Source: Schmidtea polychroa (lineage: Eukaryota). From it: DNA of 64,000 bases. The stretch is taken from positions 15,128,001 through 15,192,000 of the forward strand of contig CM097885.1 in the NCBI GenBank assembly GCA_044892525.1, read 5' to 3'. The notes under the pieces are model-generated. The model was not told the DNA's origin, ran no database searches, and worked only from the letters and a program-made list of their open reading frames with translations. Of the stretch, positions 14,071 to 27,076 are shown piece by piece; within the stretch, counting starts at the first letter, position 1, and each line of letters opens with the position of its first letter. Position numbers and translations under genes: made by a program.

Positions 14071-15263
14071 CGTCTCAAAATATCAGTTCAAATGCTGAAA
14101 TCTGTATCGAATTTCAAAATTATTTGCTAAGATACCAGTGGTTACGTTAGTCATGAAACGGCATTGAATTGTTTTAAGAATGGTTCGAAGTAAAATAAGA
14201 TATTCGTCAAAAAAATCTCAAAAACAAATTTATTTTCATATTTATGTTCATATAAAAGTATACTTTTTTATATTTTTATGTTCGTATATATGATAAAATA
14301 TTATATTTTTACATATTTGTTTGTGTTTTGTGCACAAATCAGCACCACTCTTACACGAAACAAAATGCAAAATGTTACAAGATGCGTTTAAAAACTCATT
14401 GCAAAGATTAGCCACTGAGACTCTTTACATCAAAAAACTTAAAACGTCCATCAACATTCAACTAAATTAATATTTAATTAGATTTAAAATTTAAAATTAA
14501 AAAAAATATTTAACATTTAAAATATGGAAAACGTTTTTTTTATTAAAAAATTAACAATTTAATTAAATTACAGAATTTAAAATTTTAAAAAAATAGGAAA
14601 TATTTTTTGGGTAATTAAAATAAAATATAAATAGAATATAATTAAACCAATAAATTTATTATAAAATACGAAATAAATTTATTATCCATCAACAATAATT
14701 ATTTAATGTAATAATGATCAAATTCAGTTGAAAAAGGCAGTGCCGAAAATTCGTGAGTATCAACAAACATCGATATATTACTGATTTATAGCCTTCAAAC
14801 TCTCTTTAATTCAATGGATAAAATAATCAGTGGTTAAATTGGAAGAAATAAAAGTTCTTATAACAATATATAGAACAGTCATTTGGATTACTGTTTGGGT
14901 TCGACAAATAGGTGGGAGAAATTGTAGTGAGAGACCACCATCCTCTAGACGAGAACTAAAAGTTGATGTCCACCTAGAGTAGATGGATTGGTACCCGCAA
15001 GACCACATACCATCCCCCCGGAGAAAATGAAGAAAAAATTTTAACGTCAAATTTTAAACAAAGACAGATTACAAGTCGTACAAGCAGCACCAAGATATAG
15101 ACCGGTAAAATGGTCATGGTCCCTAACTGGACTAGGTAAATGTTTATTGCACAAATAGCATGATGTGCTGTTTTCAAACATTAATTATTGTTCATCTGAA
15201 ATAATCATTTTCTTTTGATAATTTTTATAATAATAAGGTGTTACAATATATTTCCCTATCATT

Positions 15264-16711
15264 TCAATTTCTGTAAAAAAATTGATCGGCACAATCTAAA
15301 CCTCTGAACGACTTATAAATTTTTACGCCCGTAATAATATTAATAAAAAGCATACCAGCAGAAATAGGTAGGTGACGTTGAAAGTATCGAATGTCTTTAG
15401 GTGAGATAGCCTCAAAGTCAGCGTAAATAACAAATGGATGAGTAACTGTTTTACTCCAATCAGTAAATTCTAAATATTTATTTTTAGGCAATGTGTACAA
15501 GGTGATTTTTATCACAAAGACCTCTATGTTTATTGAAAGTGTCATCATTCCTAAAACCGTTTAAACACCTAGGACACCACTGGCTACAAATCCTAACAGG
15601 AGTGATTGAACTATTCCTACAATTAAGGAATCTATTTAGGTCTGTGATCGCAAGATAATGATAATTATCATTCTTTTCAATTAATAATAGATTTATAAGT
15701 ATGGCTCCTAATATCTTACTCCTATATATCATGTCAATAAAGGGATGCTTCATAACTGCATCTTCATCAGAAATATCTATCAAAGCCTTTTCGTTGTAAG
15801 TAAGAACATTAATACTATAACCGGGATTTTGTTGTTCAAATTTACTTATATTTGATAGTTTCATCGGTATATCATTAGGGTCAAATTTAATATCAGAAAG
15901 ATTGTATGAATTAGGACGATTTCTATATTGCCTATTTATACTGTCATATTTAATAATTGATAAAAAACTATACAAGAAGCAGAAGTGGTCATTATTAACT
16001 ACATTTATAAGACAGCTTAAGTTTCTTAAAGATCTTGGGGTTTCAATAAAACTTCTGCCACTTAACCGACTTATTTCAGCAAATTTAGTCAGAACTAAGC
16101 TTATGTAATCGATTTTATTGATAGTCCAATTACTACCTTTCTCATTAATTTTAATTATTTTTTCATTTAAACGAGCAATACCTTCGTCAATGAATGTATC
16201 GCTCCAAACTCGGGCGGAATTCGAGATTACAAAAGATTGTAACTCATCATCTTTTATGAATTCCACCTTTAGACAAAATTGCATTTTACATGATTTTAAT
16301 TAATTCACAAAGAAATTAAATTTATTTATTAAAATGTCTGGTACAGAGACCGTTTTTAAATCTAAAGACTAAACGTCCATTTTTAATATAATATGATTAT
16401 TATTTAAATCACTGGTGACATCTACGACACCAAAACCTATTTGATTAATATTATTATAATTATAATTATTATTACTATTATTAAAATAATTATTATTACT
16501 AATACTACTATTATTAATAATTTCTTCATCACTTATTGTGATTACATCGATAACTTTAGATTTTTTAATTGGTATTAAATTTATTTTTTCGTTATTTTTT
16601 CTTTTATTCGTATTAATAAGATTATTTATTTGATCATTTAATTTATTTACTTGATCTTTTAGATTATTTATTTCGTTTATATCATTGTTATTATTATTAT
16701 TGGTGTTGTTG

Positions 16712-16749
<38 letters not shown>

Positions 16750-17002
16750 GATGTTGATATTATTATTAGTGTTGTTAACAAACGATTTATATAAGCTAAA
16801 GAAGAGATTTCTTAGAAGATTTAAATTGTTGGAGATGGAGCCTATGCTTATTAAAAAATTCCTTATATGATATAACTTCAATAACCTCATATTTAGGGCA
16901 TAAGATATAGGTGACACCATTATATTTATGACTATAATAGCTTTCCATTATATCATCGCAGTCATTATGATATTGACTATTGCAAAAGTTTTGATATTTC
17001 AA
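15264..17002 (-). pseudogene. Polinton/Maverick-like protein-primed DNA polymerase N-terminal region, truncated and frameshifted
   Basis: GSNWTINKI...SFIETP...INVVNNDHFCFLYS, YHYLAITDLNRFL, CPRCLNGF...H...C, then VIYADFE...HLPIS (exonuclease I-type motif) after a frameshift; Asn-rich upstream ORFs. Confidence 0.7.
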
Positions 17003-17292
17003 ACCTATGAAAATATTTTTATCATAAAATGTTTAAAAAATATTAAGATATTTTTAATAATCATTTTCAAAGGTTAAGATATTTTTTCATAAGATATTAT
17101 TCAAAATTGTCTTTTAAATAGTATCTTATAAGAAAACATTTAACTAATATATTTAAATAGTACCATAAAAGCAATAAATTAAATTATGATTTGAAATAAT
17201 ATAAAAATTATTATAATCTTCTTTTCATATAAATTTTCATAAATCTAGGCGTCAGACAAAGGGTAAATATTTTTGTAAATAATAAAATTCAG

Positions 17293-18029
17293 GTGGTGTT
17301 AGACGAATACCAACAAAGACCAAAGTTGTGTACTCTGAACTCAGTATCTAAAATGAAACCAAGAAATTTAGTAACCAAAATTCAATATAGCAAGCAAAAA
17401 GCGAACTCAGGTCAATGGCAAGTCACCTTCATTGAAAATAAACTGATTTATCTGTCTAACAATAACTTCTCAAAGAATGTATTGCAAGAAAGCGAGAAAA
17501 AAGCTAAGCAATTAGAAAAAGAAATAACGTCACTAAAAGCATTGGTTAAAGAATTATTGGGAGATAGAGAAGCATTCGAAGAAGCAAGAGTAAGCACAAA
17601 GATACAAACAAATCTGGTCGAGACCAGTCATAACATGGTCAAAGAACTATATCAAAAGATAAACGAACTAAACCTAAGTGAGATAATACCAACAGTACCC
17701 TATATATGGAAAATAACAGGAGGAAAAGAAAATATACAGAGAGCAAAGAATGGGAAGGATACAACGATAACAAGCACATTCATGGAAAAATGGATACAAG
17801 ATGAAAATGAAAATATATCATAACGGAAATGGAATCAAATATGGAACGCATTTCTCGGTATTTTTCTTATTATGTTAAAGGAGAATACGACGAAATAATA
17901 GAATGGCATTTTCAAGCAAAAATTGACATAGCGATGATGAATAACCGAAGTACGCATGAACAAAGTTTCAAAACAGCAGGAAATCACACATGTTATCAGA
18001 GACCATTGAGGCATATAGCCATTATTTGA
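17293..18029 (+). pseudogene. TRAF-like coiled-coil + MATH domain, two frameshifts
   Basis: YIWKI..., then GYKMKMKIYHNGNGIKYGTHFSVF in the next frame, then KGEYDEIIEWHFQAKIDIAMMN...YQRP in the third frame; this is the TRAF-C signature order; preceded by a coiled coil and a TTCAG acceptor. Confidence 0.8.
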
Positions 18030-19560
18030 AACAACTAGTACATGAATCCAGGAAAAGACTGACAGATGAAAATAAAAAACGAGAGATTGAAAAGGAAAGA
18101 GAAGGGAGGAAAACTAATCACCTACTAAGCGAAGCTAGCAAGTGGAAAAGGGAAAACAAGGAAATAAGAAAGCAGATGAAAGAACTGCCTCAAAAATTGG
18201 GATTCAACAATGATCAGGAAAAATGGGAGGAAAACCTCAACCAGAAGGAAGAGCTGAGAACAATGGCAGACAAAAGCAATGGAATTGAAAGATATATGGC
18301 AATGAAGTTAGCATCGAAAGAACAAGAAAAAGTGCCATTGAAGAAATGATTTTGCAACAATCAGGAAGGATTGTAGAGTTAGTAAATAAAGTGGCAGAAA
18401 TCGAGCGGGATAACAACGGCTACAGAGGTGCACTAGAACAAAAAACATAGTGCTAGCCAGAAAAAACAAGAAGCTTAAAAACGAAAGGAAAATGTATGAG
18501 GAAAACACAAAATATTTAGCGAAAGAAATCGAAAAAACGGAGGATCTAGAGAAACAGATCGAAGTAAGGGACGACGAAGCAAGATACCTCACGTATTTGC
18601 TAGATGAGAAATTAAACGTCTCCAGAGCATTAAGAGAGGAGGTACACGAGCTAAGAGCTCAGCTGCCAAGATACTATGTCCCATACGACCCTATCGCCGT
18701 CCACCTGGACCCATCAGTCGAAAGCGATGAAGGGTATGGTGGTCAGTAAGAAACGTTTGTATCGGAGAAACAAAATAAATACGAGAATGTAAAAAATGGG
18801 AACTTTATGCCAACAAAAAAATTAGTAGTAGTAGAATTCAGGGACTGTAACCCTATGTACATAAACGTGACATATAAATGTATAAGTTCAAGCCGCTTTA
18901 TAGCGCATATATTAATTGTATATATTGTAGAAGCGAAAATGAAAATCGAAGAAATAACGGAAACAACAATGATCGAAGTGGAAGAGGGAGAGGTTGAAAT
19001 AGAAACGATAGAAAAAACGAAATCGATAAAATAAGAGTTGCACGAAGAGAAACAGGAAAATGAAAGGTTATTAAACAAATGGAGAGAGAATCGTAAGATA
19101 ATAAAGTATTGAAAAGAGAATACGGAGTATTGGAGGACGTAAAGAAAGAGGTAGAGGAAAAAAACGAATGGTTACAAGAGCAACGAAAGCGAGGGAGAAA
19201 TTGGGAAAAGATCGCGAAAGAGTTATGGAGGGAGAGAGCTAGTTTTAAAGCAGAGGAAGTAATTGAAGGTTATGGAGTCGTAAATACAAAGAGATAGAAA
19301 TAAAGTATCAAAAACAAAAACAAAGAAACAACCATCGAGAGAGCGAAAATGATTTCTTGTAAATCGAGCTAGAACGAAATATCGAAAAGAAAAGAAAAGA
19401 AACCAGAATGTTAGAGAGGGAAATAAGACATCTAAAAAATGAAGCCCGCGAAAAGGACAGGCAAATAGAGATGCTACCCGAATTGAGACACTGTCATAAA
19501 GGCAGAGTCAAATCTAATGAGATTCGTCGAGAAAAACCTTAAAAGAAAACCCTCCGATTA
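17990..19560 (+). pseudogene. Fragmented Glu/Lys-rich coiled-coil ORFs, unknown function
   Basis: Consecutive A-rich ORF pieces (17990-18349, 18450-18749, 19109-19297) with heptad character; no family recognised. Confidence 0.4.
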
Positions 19561-19617
19561 AAAATAAATAAAGATAATTGTATATGTAAAAAGAATAAAT
19601 AACTGTTTATCAGTATA

Positions 19618-20262
19618 ATGTGGCACGGAGTATTATTAACAATAATGATACTGACCAACAATCTGATGGAAGGGCAACAAGTGAACTCTCAGCTGGAAAA
19701 GGTCCGAGATCTCAGAAAATCAGGTCAGAAATCCGAACAAAAGCTACATCAATGCACATACCCAACTTCAGTAAAATCCGATATCATCAATAATATCCGG
19801 TCAACCCGAAACTACATCAAAAACATCAGATTGATGTATAAAAACAACCCAATGTGCAAAATAATAGACAAAAGAATAATGGGACAGATCCACCAATTCG
19901 ACCAGCTGAAACAACAAGTGCAACAGCAAAATGTCCAGAACCCAACCGAGAAAACCGAAAACCCAGTCGAGATAAAAGATACACATAATCTCCTATACGT
20001 GGTAATCGCAGAAATCACATTGATAACCATAATTACCCTCCTCAAATTATATGAAATCTTCAAGACCTGGAAAAGTAGCAACCCAGTACAAGAAAGACCG
20101 TATAGAAACCCTCAAGAAGCCACCATGGCCAATACTATCCATGCAGCATTCCAACCCAAAACATCCATTGCCGAATCCATTCGACCATCAGCAAGTCGTC
20201 GTGTCTATTATAATACCAATTCCCTAAACCACGAACAACAATCACCAGAACCATCAGATTGA
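19618..20262 (+). CDS. Putative type I membrane protein (signal peptide, ectodomain with 2 Cys, TM, cytoplasmic tail)
   Basis: Intact 214-aa ORF; hydrophobic N-terminus MWHGVLLTIMIL; TM LLYVVIAEITLITIITLLKLY; AATAAA near 20387. Confidence 0.6.
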   Translation: MWHGVLLTIMILTNNLMEGQQVNSQLEKVRDLRKSGQKSEQKLHQCTYPTSVKSDIINNIRSTRNYIKNIRLMYKNNPMCKIIDKRIMGQIHQFDQLKQQVQQQNVQNPTEKTENPVEIKDTHNLLYVVIAEITLITIITLLKLYEIFKTWKSSNPVQERPYRNPQEATMANTIHAAFQPKTSIAESIRPSASRRVYYNTNSLNHEQQSPEPSD

Positions 20263-20901
20263 CAAAGGTTTCATTGATTGTATTAGATAACTGAACTATA
20301 TGTGTATCCAGACTATGTGAGTTTTTGTGTATATAAACGGTCACATTAAGTGACCACTGCTTATCTGAATTTGACCTTAATCTGTTTAATAAAAATTTTT
20401 TTCCGGTTTATTGATTTATTTGAATAACATAGGTACGATGTGCATAAGAATTGCAGGGCGCAATTTTAACGGGCCCCGGAGTGATTTGTTGGGCTGATAA
20501 CTAGGTGGGACCCAAAGATCATATAAAATGACAAAAATAGAACTTAAATTAAAGGGGAAAGGACCAAATAAAAGAGTAACACAGGGGAGATAAGAAACCA
20601 ATAATGTAAAATAAAATAACAATAAAAACCTCTAATAACAATAAAAACATCTAAGAGGAAAAAATAAAGAAAATAACCAAAAATGACGGAAATAACGATA
20701 ACAAATCTTAAAATAGAAACAATAGTTGATAAAAAAGAAGTAGAATAAGAAAAATACGAGAAAACACCCCACAACCCTCAAAATTTAAGAAAATAAGAAT
20801 ATTAAAAATTATTTATTAAAAAAGTTGCAGAAATAATAAAGAAAATATAAGAAAAGAATAAAAAAGGAGAAAAAGGAATAAAAACATAATAATACAACTT
20901 A

Positions 20902-20935
20902 CTGGATTCTGATTGGACAGAATCCAGTATATAAG
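20902..20935 (+). promoter_or_regulatory. Inverted CCAAT box + TATA promoter of unit A
   Basis: CTGATTGG 20909-20916, TATATAAG 20928-20935; same arrangement in four other units. Confidence 0.7.
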
Positions 20936-23900
20936 GAAATAGAGCGATAAATCCATTCAGTTTTTAAAATTTCACTTAAGGTACTACCGTGCAACGAACC
21001 TATACCATTCATATTCAACAGGATAAAGCTAATTAATCACCTATCAACCTATTTACTACTCACCAGTTATCGGCTCAACTAGGAATTTTCGAACAGTTAT
21101 ATTTTCATTTTCATATAGAATGATAATTTGCTTTTATTATGATGCTAATAAATAACCGTAATACACCACTTGTTCTCAGTTCTTTTGGTAGTAATTAATG
21201 TTTTATTAAATAATAATTATGTTTTGTCATGTATAGCATTTATGAAAATAATATTTTTATTCATCATTCGTTTCTTTTGTTATATGCATTCAAATAATAA
21301 TCATTCCCTTGAATCTATGTATAAGTAACAATTTGATGGGTAGATCGTTCGAATATGGCAATAGAAGAATGTGATGCACAGTAGAGAATTCATGAGACGA
21401 TATGACTCGGATCTTGGTAGAGATACTGGAATTTTAGCAAAGTATCGTGTGGCAATCTTAGGAGATTCGATCGAAGTGGGGAAAAGTAAAATATTCGTTT
21501 AGTCGAAGATCCATGAATCGAGAGATTTGAGAAGAGCGGAAATAGCGGGGAATGATCCATGACGAGGATGCAGGGATGAGATGGAGTTAGGAGTGAGCGG
21601 TAATCCATGGGAGAGATAGAACGAAGATGATCGATTTGCAGAATATTGATGTAGCCAGCTAAATTGATTATGGATATGTATGATCAGGAGAAGTAGGATA
21701 TGGAAAAAGGAGCTCTATAGTGAAATTTAGGTTTTGGCATGAATAGTTGTGGCAGAAATCAACCGGATATTGATCATGAGGTAGCGGTAGCATAGGTCTG
21801 TGAGGATGGGAATGAACAGAAAATTGCCATTCGAACGATCTACGACTTATTTATCATGATTTAAAATATTATTATTTTAATTACCTTTGATATTATGTTG
21901 ATGATGAGGGGTGGACTGATTAGCCAGGAGGACGTCTGGAACTGTTGATACTCGTATCGATAGGGCACAGATCGTCTTGCTGGATGATTAGTCACGGGTA
22001 TTTGAGTGAAATTATGAACGAATATGAATGAAGAGGGATGGATTCTCTGGATCAGCAATCACAATGTTTCTCCGATTTCACCTTCTATGGTAGGGTAGAG
22101 AGCGCTTTTCTGGACATCACGAAAGACACAGACTTCTTCCTTTTTCGATTTATTCATCTTGTAAAGGGATAGCTTCCGAGACGTGCGACAGAGGGATAAA
22201 ATCCAATTTTCTTACTTCTCCAGTTTGTAATTTTAACGGTTTGATCGCTAACCAGTAGACACCGGTAGTCGCAAAATAACATATCCGTCTTCTTGTACCA
22301 ACTCGTGGGAAACCTGATCTCGTGCACTGATAAAGAACCCCTACAAAAATTCCAGACAGTAAATATCCGATAAAAAATTGACGTTAATAGAGAGTGCCGA
22401 TGTATCCACGATAAACATTCCCTTTTCGATTATTAGATTTCGTTGGTTATAGACGACGTCTGAAGCAAATAGGCATTAGGAGATCCTGATAAATATTTAG
22501 ATAATCTAACTTGTTATGACATAAATCGCGGGGCATAAACTTTACCAAAATCGAATAAACACTCGTGTGTCTATGGGGTCGTCCATCATTGGTAAAAATG
22601 GCAGGTGTTAACCTTCAGAAATTCTTCGTCTCAATTAAATTTCCCTCGCGATAAATAAGATAAGACACGTTAATTACCACACCTTATCAATTGCGAGATA
22701 ATACCCGAGGAAAAGAGAGAAGAATGTCGAAATGTCGATGACATGACAACGGGAGTGCGATAGAAAATACACATATACATTGCGTCACACACACACTAGT
22801 CGCCGGTCACCCATCAGCACACCAGCGCACAACAAAAAAATCCCCGTAGCGACGAGTGTTGCAAGTACCGTAGTAGTCGGGTATGTTTGACTCGCGGAGT
22901 AGATTGTTCGCCAAATAGGCGTGTATAGAATCGTAATATGGCTTTCGTGTAGCAGGTTCCTGATCAGAAGGGGAAACGAATTTTGCGTACCTACAAACGA
23001 TTACATAGATTTTTTTTTGTAAATTAAATTAACATCCACACACCTAGTCAACTAAGCACTCTTATTAACGAATTATTATTAAATTCTGGCATGCTTTAAA
23101 GATCGCAATAAAACAGTTTGGTATGTGACTGCCTGACCACTTTACGAGATGCAATATAGAAAAGGAAATTTTGTATCTGTCAGGAAAATAATAAATCATA
23201 TCTGATATTATTTATTTAGCAGGTGAAATATAAAAATGATCAGAAAAATTGTTAAAATAATCTAGTCTATATTGATTCTCTAGTATGTTTGTCATTTGTT
23301 CTATATAATCTCCTCGTGCAGCTTTGCGCCGAAATTTGGCAAAAGGGCCAGGGCGATAAATATAGCATTTTTCGCATCCACTTATATCCACACTGGGATT
23401 CGAAGATACCCTTCGTGAAAGGTGTTTATTGGAAGGATGAAATAGGATCTTGCGACTAGGGTTTAGATACAAATTACCGTGATTTTCGGACCGAACCCCC
23501 CCCCCCCCCCCTTCCTCAAACCTTCAAGACCTTAACAACCTAATAGCTTACTCTCTGAGTAAAAATGGGCTGAAGATAAAACTGAATGATAAAGCTGATT
23601 AATTAATAAATTCTGACCATTTCACTGATATGCGGTAACTATTTCTAAATCTAATTTTCTAGTTCTATTCGAAATGTCTAAACCAAATCTTCCAACGACT
23701 GGCCCGAGACCGTGCTTCTCGTGTGCCGATAAGAATGTATTACTAAAAGAATCCGCAGAGTACATAGGATCGCTAAAGTGGAAAATCGATAACTTAGAGG
23801 GTACCTGGTTTACCCCGGCCCTCATGAAAGAGGCCCAGATAAAAATTCTCAGACTCGAACACTGTCGGGATAGTCTGCTCGAGGAAAGTCGGAGCCAGCG

Positions 23901-24157
23901 GCCAGGCCCGACGCTAGAGTATTTGGCGCCCTAGGCAAACTAAAAAAATGGCGCCTCTAGTCTAGAAACAAACCCAATAATTAAAGAAGTAAATGAAAAT
24001 AAAATAACTATACTTCATTTATTTATTACACAAAAATATATATAAAAACAAAAACCATTTAAAATTTAATTTTTCGTGCTTTTAGTTTAGCGAAATCTTC
24101 AAGCAGCAACTTCGTATCTATATCACGCGCCATTTCGTGTTCAATCGACAATGTTTC

Positions 24158-25423
24158 TTATGCATGTTCTCTTATGCATATGGGATCTAAATCACAATTT
24201 TCTGTATTTGTATGGACAAAACGAATAATCAACGTCATTTGTTCAGTATGGCTAACGTCTGGTGTGCAATCCAGGATTATTGAAAAATATTTAGCCATGG
24301 AAATCGATTTTAAAATTTTTGTTTTAATACTCTTAGATAAAAGTTGTATTAACTCGATCTGAATATCTTTTCCCAAATAATGAACTTGTGTTTCATTGTT
24401 CTTTATTCTGCGAAGATGCTCACCCATAATTGGATCAAAAGAGGCCAAATATTCTACAAAGCTAAGGAAGTTTCCATTTCCAGGAGAATACAATTTTTCA
24501 TTGCTTCCGCGAAATGCAATATTTTGCGTAGCAAGCACTTTAACTAGACCTATAAGACGCTCTAAGACTTGTTGCCAGTGTCTCTCTTCTTGTTTTATGA
24601 GACGCAAATTATCCTGGTCAATAGTTTTATTCTTTTTTAAACGCAATTCTAGCTCCTTCCAAGTTTGAAAATTAATTAAATGATCCTTATTTTTCTCATG
24701 TCTTTCTAAAATTACAGACATATTTTTCCAATCGCTTGATCCTTTATCGGAGAGATGTATTACACGCTGGTTATTATTAAAAATTTTGCAACAAAAGCAG
24801 AAAGCCGAATTAGTTGTTTTGGAATACTGTAGCCAATGACGCCGCATTTCTTCTCCATTTGCAAGTCTCCTTCTATAAAAATTCATTGAAAATTTTCTAT
24901 GGCTCTCATTTTGAGGAAAATCAAATTCTTCAATTTGTTCTGGTCCGTGTTCAACCAAAATTTGCCTCAAACGGCCAGAACGTAAGTCATGTGAATTTAA
25001 CCAAGTTGCCGGATCACTATAATCAAGACTCGAATTTACGCTTTCTAATATTTCCAAAGTTTCATTAATTAAAATTTCTTCAGTGTCTTCTATAGTTTCT
25101 AATACAATTTCTTCTATAGGTTCTTCAACAGTTTCTTCAATTGTTTCAACTTCAGTTTCTTCTATAGTTTCTTCCACATTCGTATGTGGAAACTCAGTCA
25201 AAATAGGCACCTCTGCATTTCTAGTTGTAGAGTTCCTATCCATTTGCTCTTCCAAATTGCAGTATACTTGTTTTCTCGGAGTCATTTCATTTCGATTTTT
25301 ATCTTGTGATTGTTGACGACAAATATAATTCAGAAAAGCACCTTCTTGCTTTTTTTCTTCATTTTTCTTTTCAGCTTTACGTTTTCTATTTTGTGCGCCA
25401 GATAATTTTTTTCTATCTACCAT
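24158..25423 (-). pseudogene. hAT transposase N-terminal half (TTF zinc finger, DUF4371), C-terminal deletion
   Basis: WLQYSKTTNSAFCFCCKIF; NIAFRG...GNFL; FSIILDCTPDVSH; ORF breaks after the first catalytic Asp, and the tail LSIEHE...FAKLKARKIKF* follows at about 24150-24065. Confidence 0.9.
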
Positions 25424-25897
25424 TATGCTACCTCAAGTAAAAATTAATAGAATATAATAGATTTAATAATAGGTGTAGAAAAATCCAATATAAATTAAAT
25501 TACTGTGTTGTATATATGTAAAAATTATACTGGAAGTACGACCGAAATTATATATACTTTAAATAAAAAAAATTTGAGCCCTGCACTAATTAAATTTTAT
25601 TTTTTTTTTCACTTTCTGTTTATTTATTTTTTAACTTTTTTAACATTTACTTTAGTCTTTTAAAACTTTACTGCATGTGACTTTATTCTTTTAAAATAAA
25701 ACTAAAAATTATTGCGTAATTTAAAAAAATTTCAGAGCATGCTATATGCTAAATTTTTTTTAAAACCGCGTTTCAGTTAACTTTTTTGAACTTGCAAAAT
25801 ATTTTTTTAAATCGATTTTCCGTTGTATTTTTTTAAATTTTAAAAGAAATAAGTAATCGGTATCGGACTAAAACAACGATGGAATTACATGTTTTAC

Positions 25898-25901
<4 letters not shown>

Positions 25902-25960
<59 letters not shown>
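25902..25960. repeat. (TA)n microsatellite
   Basis: Direct reading. Confidence 0.99.
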
Positions 25961-25962
<2 letters not shown>

Positions 25963-26937
25963 AATTCATACATATGTATATATCAATATAAAGATAGAAA
26001 GTTTATAAAATATTTAATTTACTTGATAAAAAAAGCAGAACTATTTGGCGCCCGCTTGTAAATCGGCGCCCTAGGCTGCTGCCGACGTCGCCTATGCCTA
26101 AAACCGGGCCTGCCAGCGGCTCACCATCAAAGCACAATCGGCGGCTCTCCGCCGCATCTATTCGGAAGCCGAATTGAAGGCGCGCATAACCGAGTATCCT
26201 CTCTCGGATAAGGGAAATCCTTTCCCGCAACACCACGAGTAAGTCAACTGGAGCCGGCTCACCCAACTTGCTGTAGTTCCCATGGCCCAACGGTCGTGTC
26301 CCCCGTCGTTGCGGACGTTCTGGAAACGCAAATTCTGGCATCTATACCTTCACTCGTGAATCCTACAAACCCCTTGACGTCTTTGCAGGTAACTCAATCG
26401 GAACTGGTCAAGCAGAAGCGGAAAAAGCAGTTGACACGCGCAGAAAAAACAAAAAAAAACGACGGGAGGAAATTTCTGCTCTGGAAGCGACCTTATTCGC
26501 CATCACTCAGGCAAAAGTAGTACCTCCTACGGGTTCCGTTGCGCAGGTCAAAATCGTGTCAACTACAGTCCCCCGTCGACTCTCGACCCAGTGTTGGAAT
26601 GCGACATCGACGCAATGTTGGCCGAAAGGGAGATGTTCTCGCCAGTACTCCACCTGAAGGGTTCGTCACAATCCCCCTCCAGTCTGACAAATGACTATCG
26701 TAAATTCTGTGAGCAACTATTTGTGATCATGCGTTTTGGTGTAAATTTGTTATGTGTTAAATTTTTGTTGTTTTGTCTGATGTATTTAGAAGCGGATTAA
26801 ATATAATGTATGTTAAAACGCGAAATGTCGTCTCATTGTTTGTTGAATCATCAATTCAACGCTCTAAACACTGTGTTGTAACCGTACAGACAAATCGAAA
26901 AGACCTCACCTGGACCAGAGGCAAATTGCTGATTGAT

Positions 26938-27076
26938 GTAAGTCCTTCTACGGCCTTATAGAACCCAAACAGCGAACACTTTGAGGAGTAGTTTTAGCAA
27001 CAGACCTCACCTGCTCACGGGTTTCGACCTCGGTGGACAACACCAACATGACTCTTTGTCATGGGTACACCAGAGG
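26938..27076 (+). ncRNA. Conserved two-hairpin cis RNA motif, copy A
   Basis: GTAAGTCCTTC; TGAG-GAG...CTC-ACCTG-CTCA; outer stem with 8-nt bulge AACACCAA and inner CATGAC/GTCATG hairpin. Confidence 0.6.

Larger units (their letters stand above)
23903..26112 (-). mobile_element. Internally deleted hAT (TTF zinc finger/DUF4371 type)
   Basis: Ends CAGGCCCG and CGGGCCTG; 8-bp TSD CCAGCGGC at 23895-23902 and 26113-26120; GGCGCC subterminal motifs. Confidence 0.95.
23674..26520 (+). pseudogene. CxxC/coiled-coil LTR ORF, copy A, split by hAT insertion
   Basis: RPCFSCADKN...EESRSQR|LTIKAQSAALRRIY when 23903-26120 is removed, matching paralogues; basic KQLTRAEK tail in ORF 26296-26520. Confidence 0.85.

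Noticed and set aside
21350-22600. Possible coding region (RT, integrase or recombinase) inside unit A
   Set aside because: Manual translation of both strands gave only short frames with no recognisable motif
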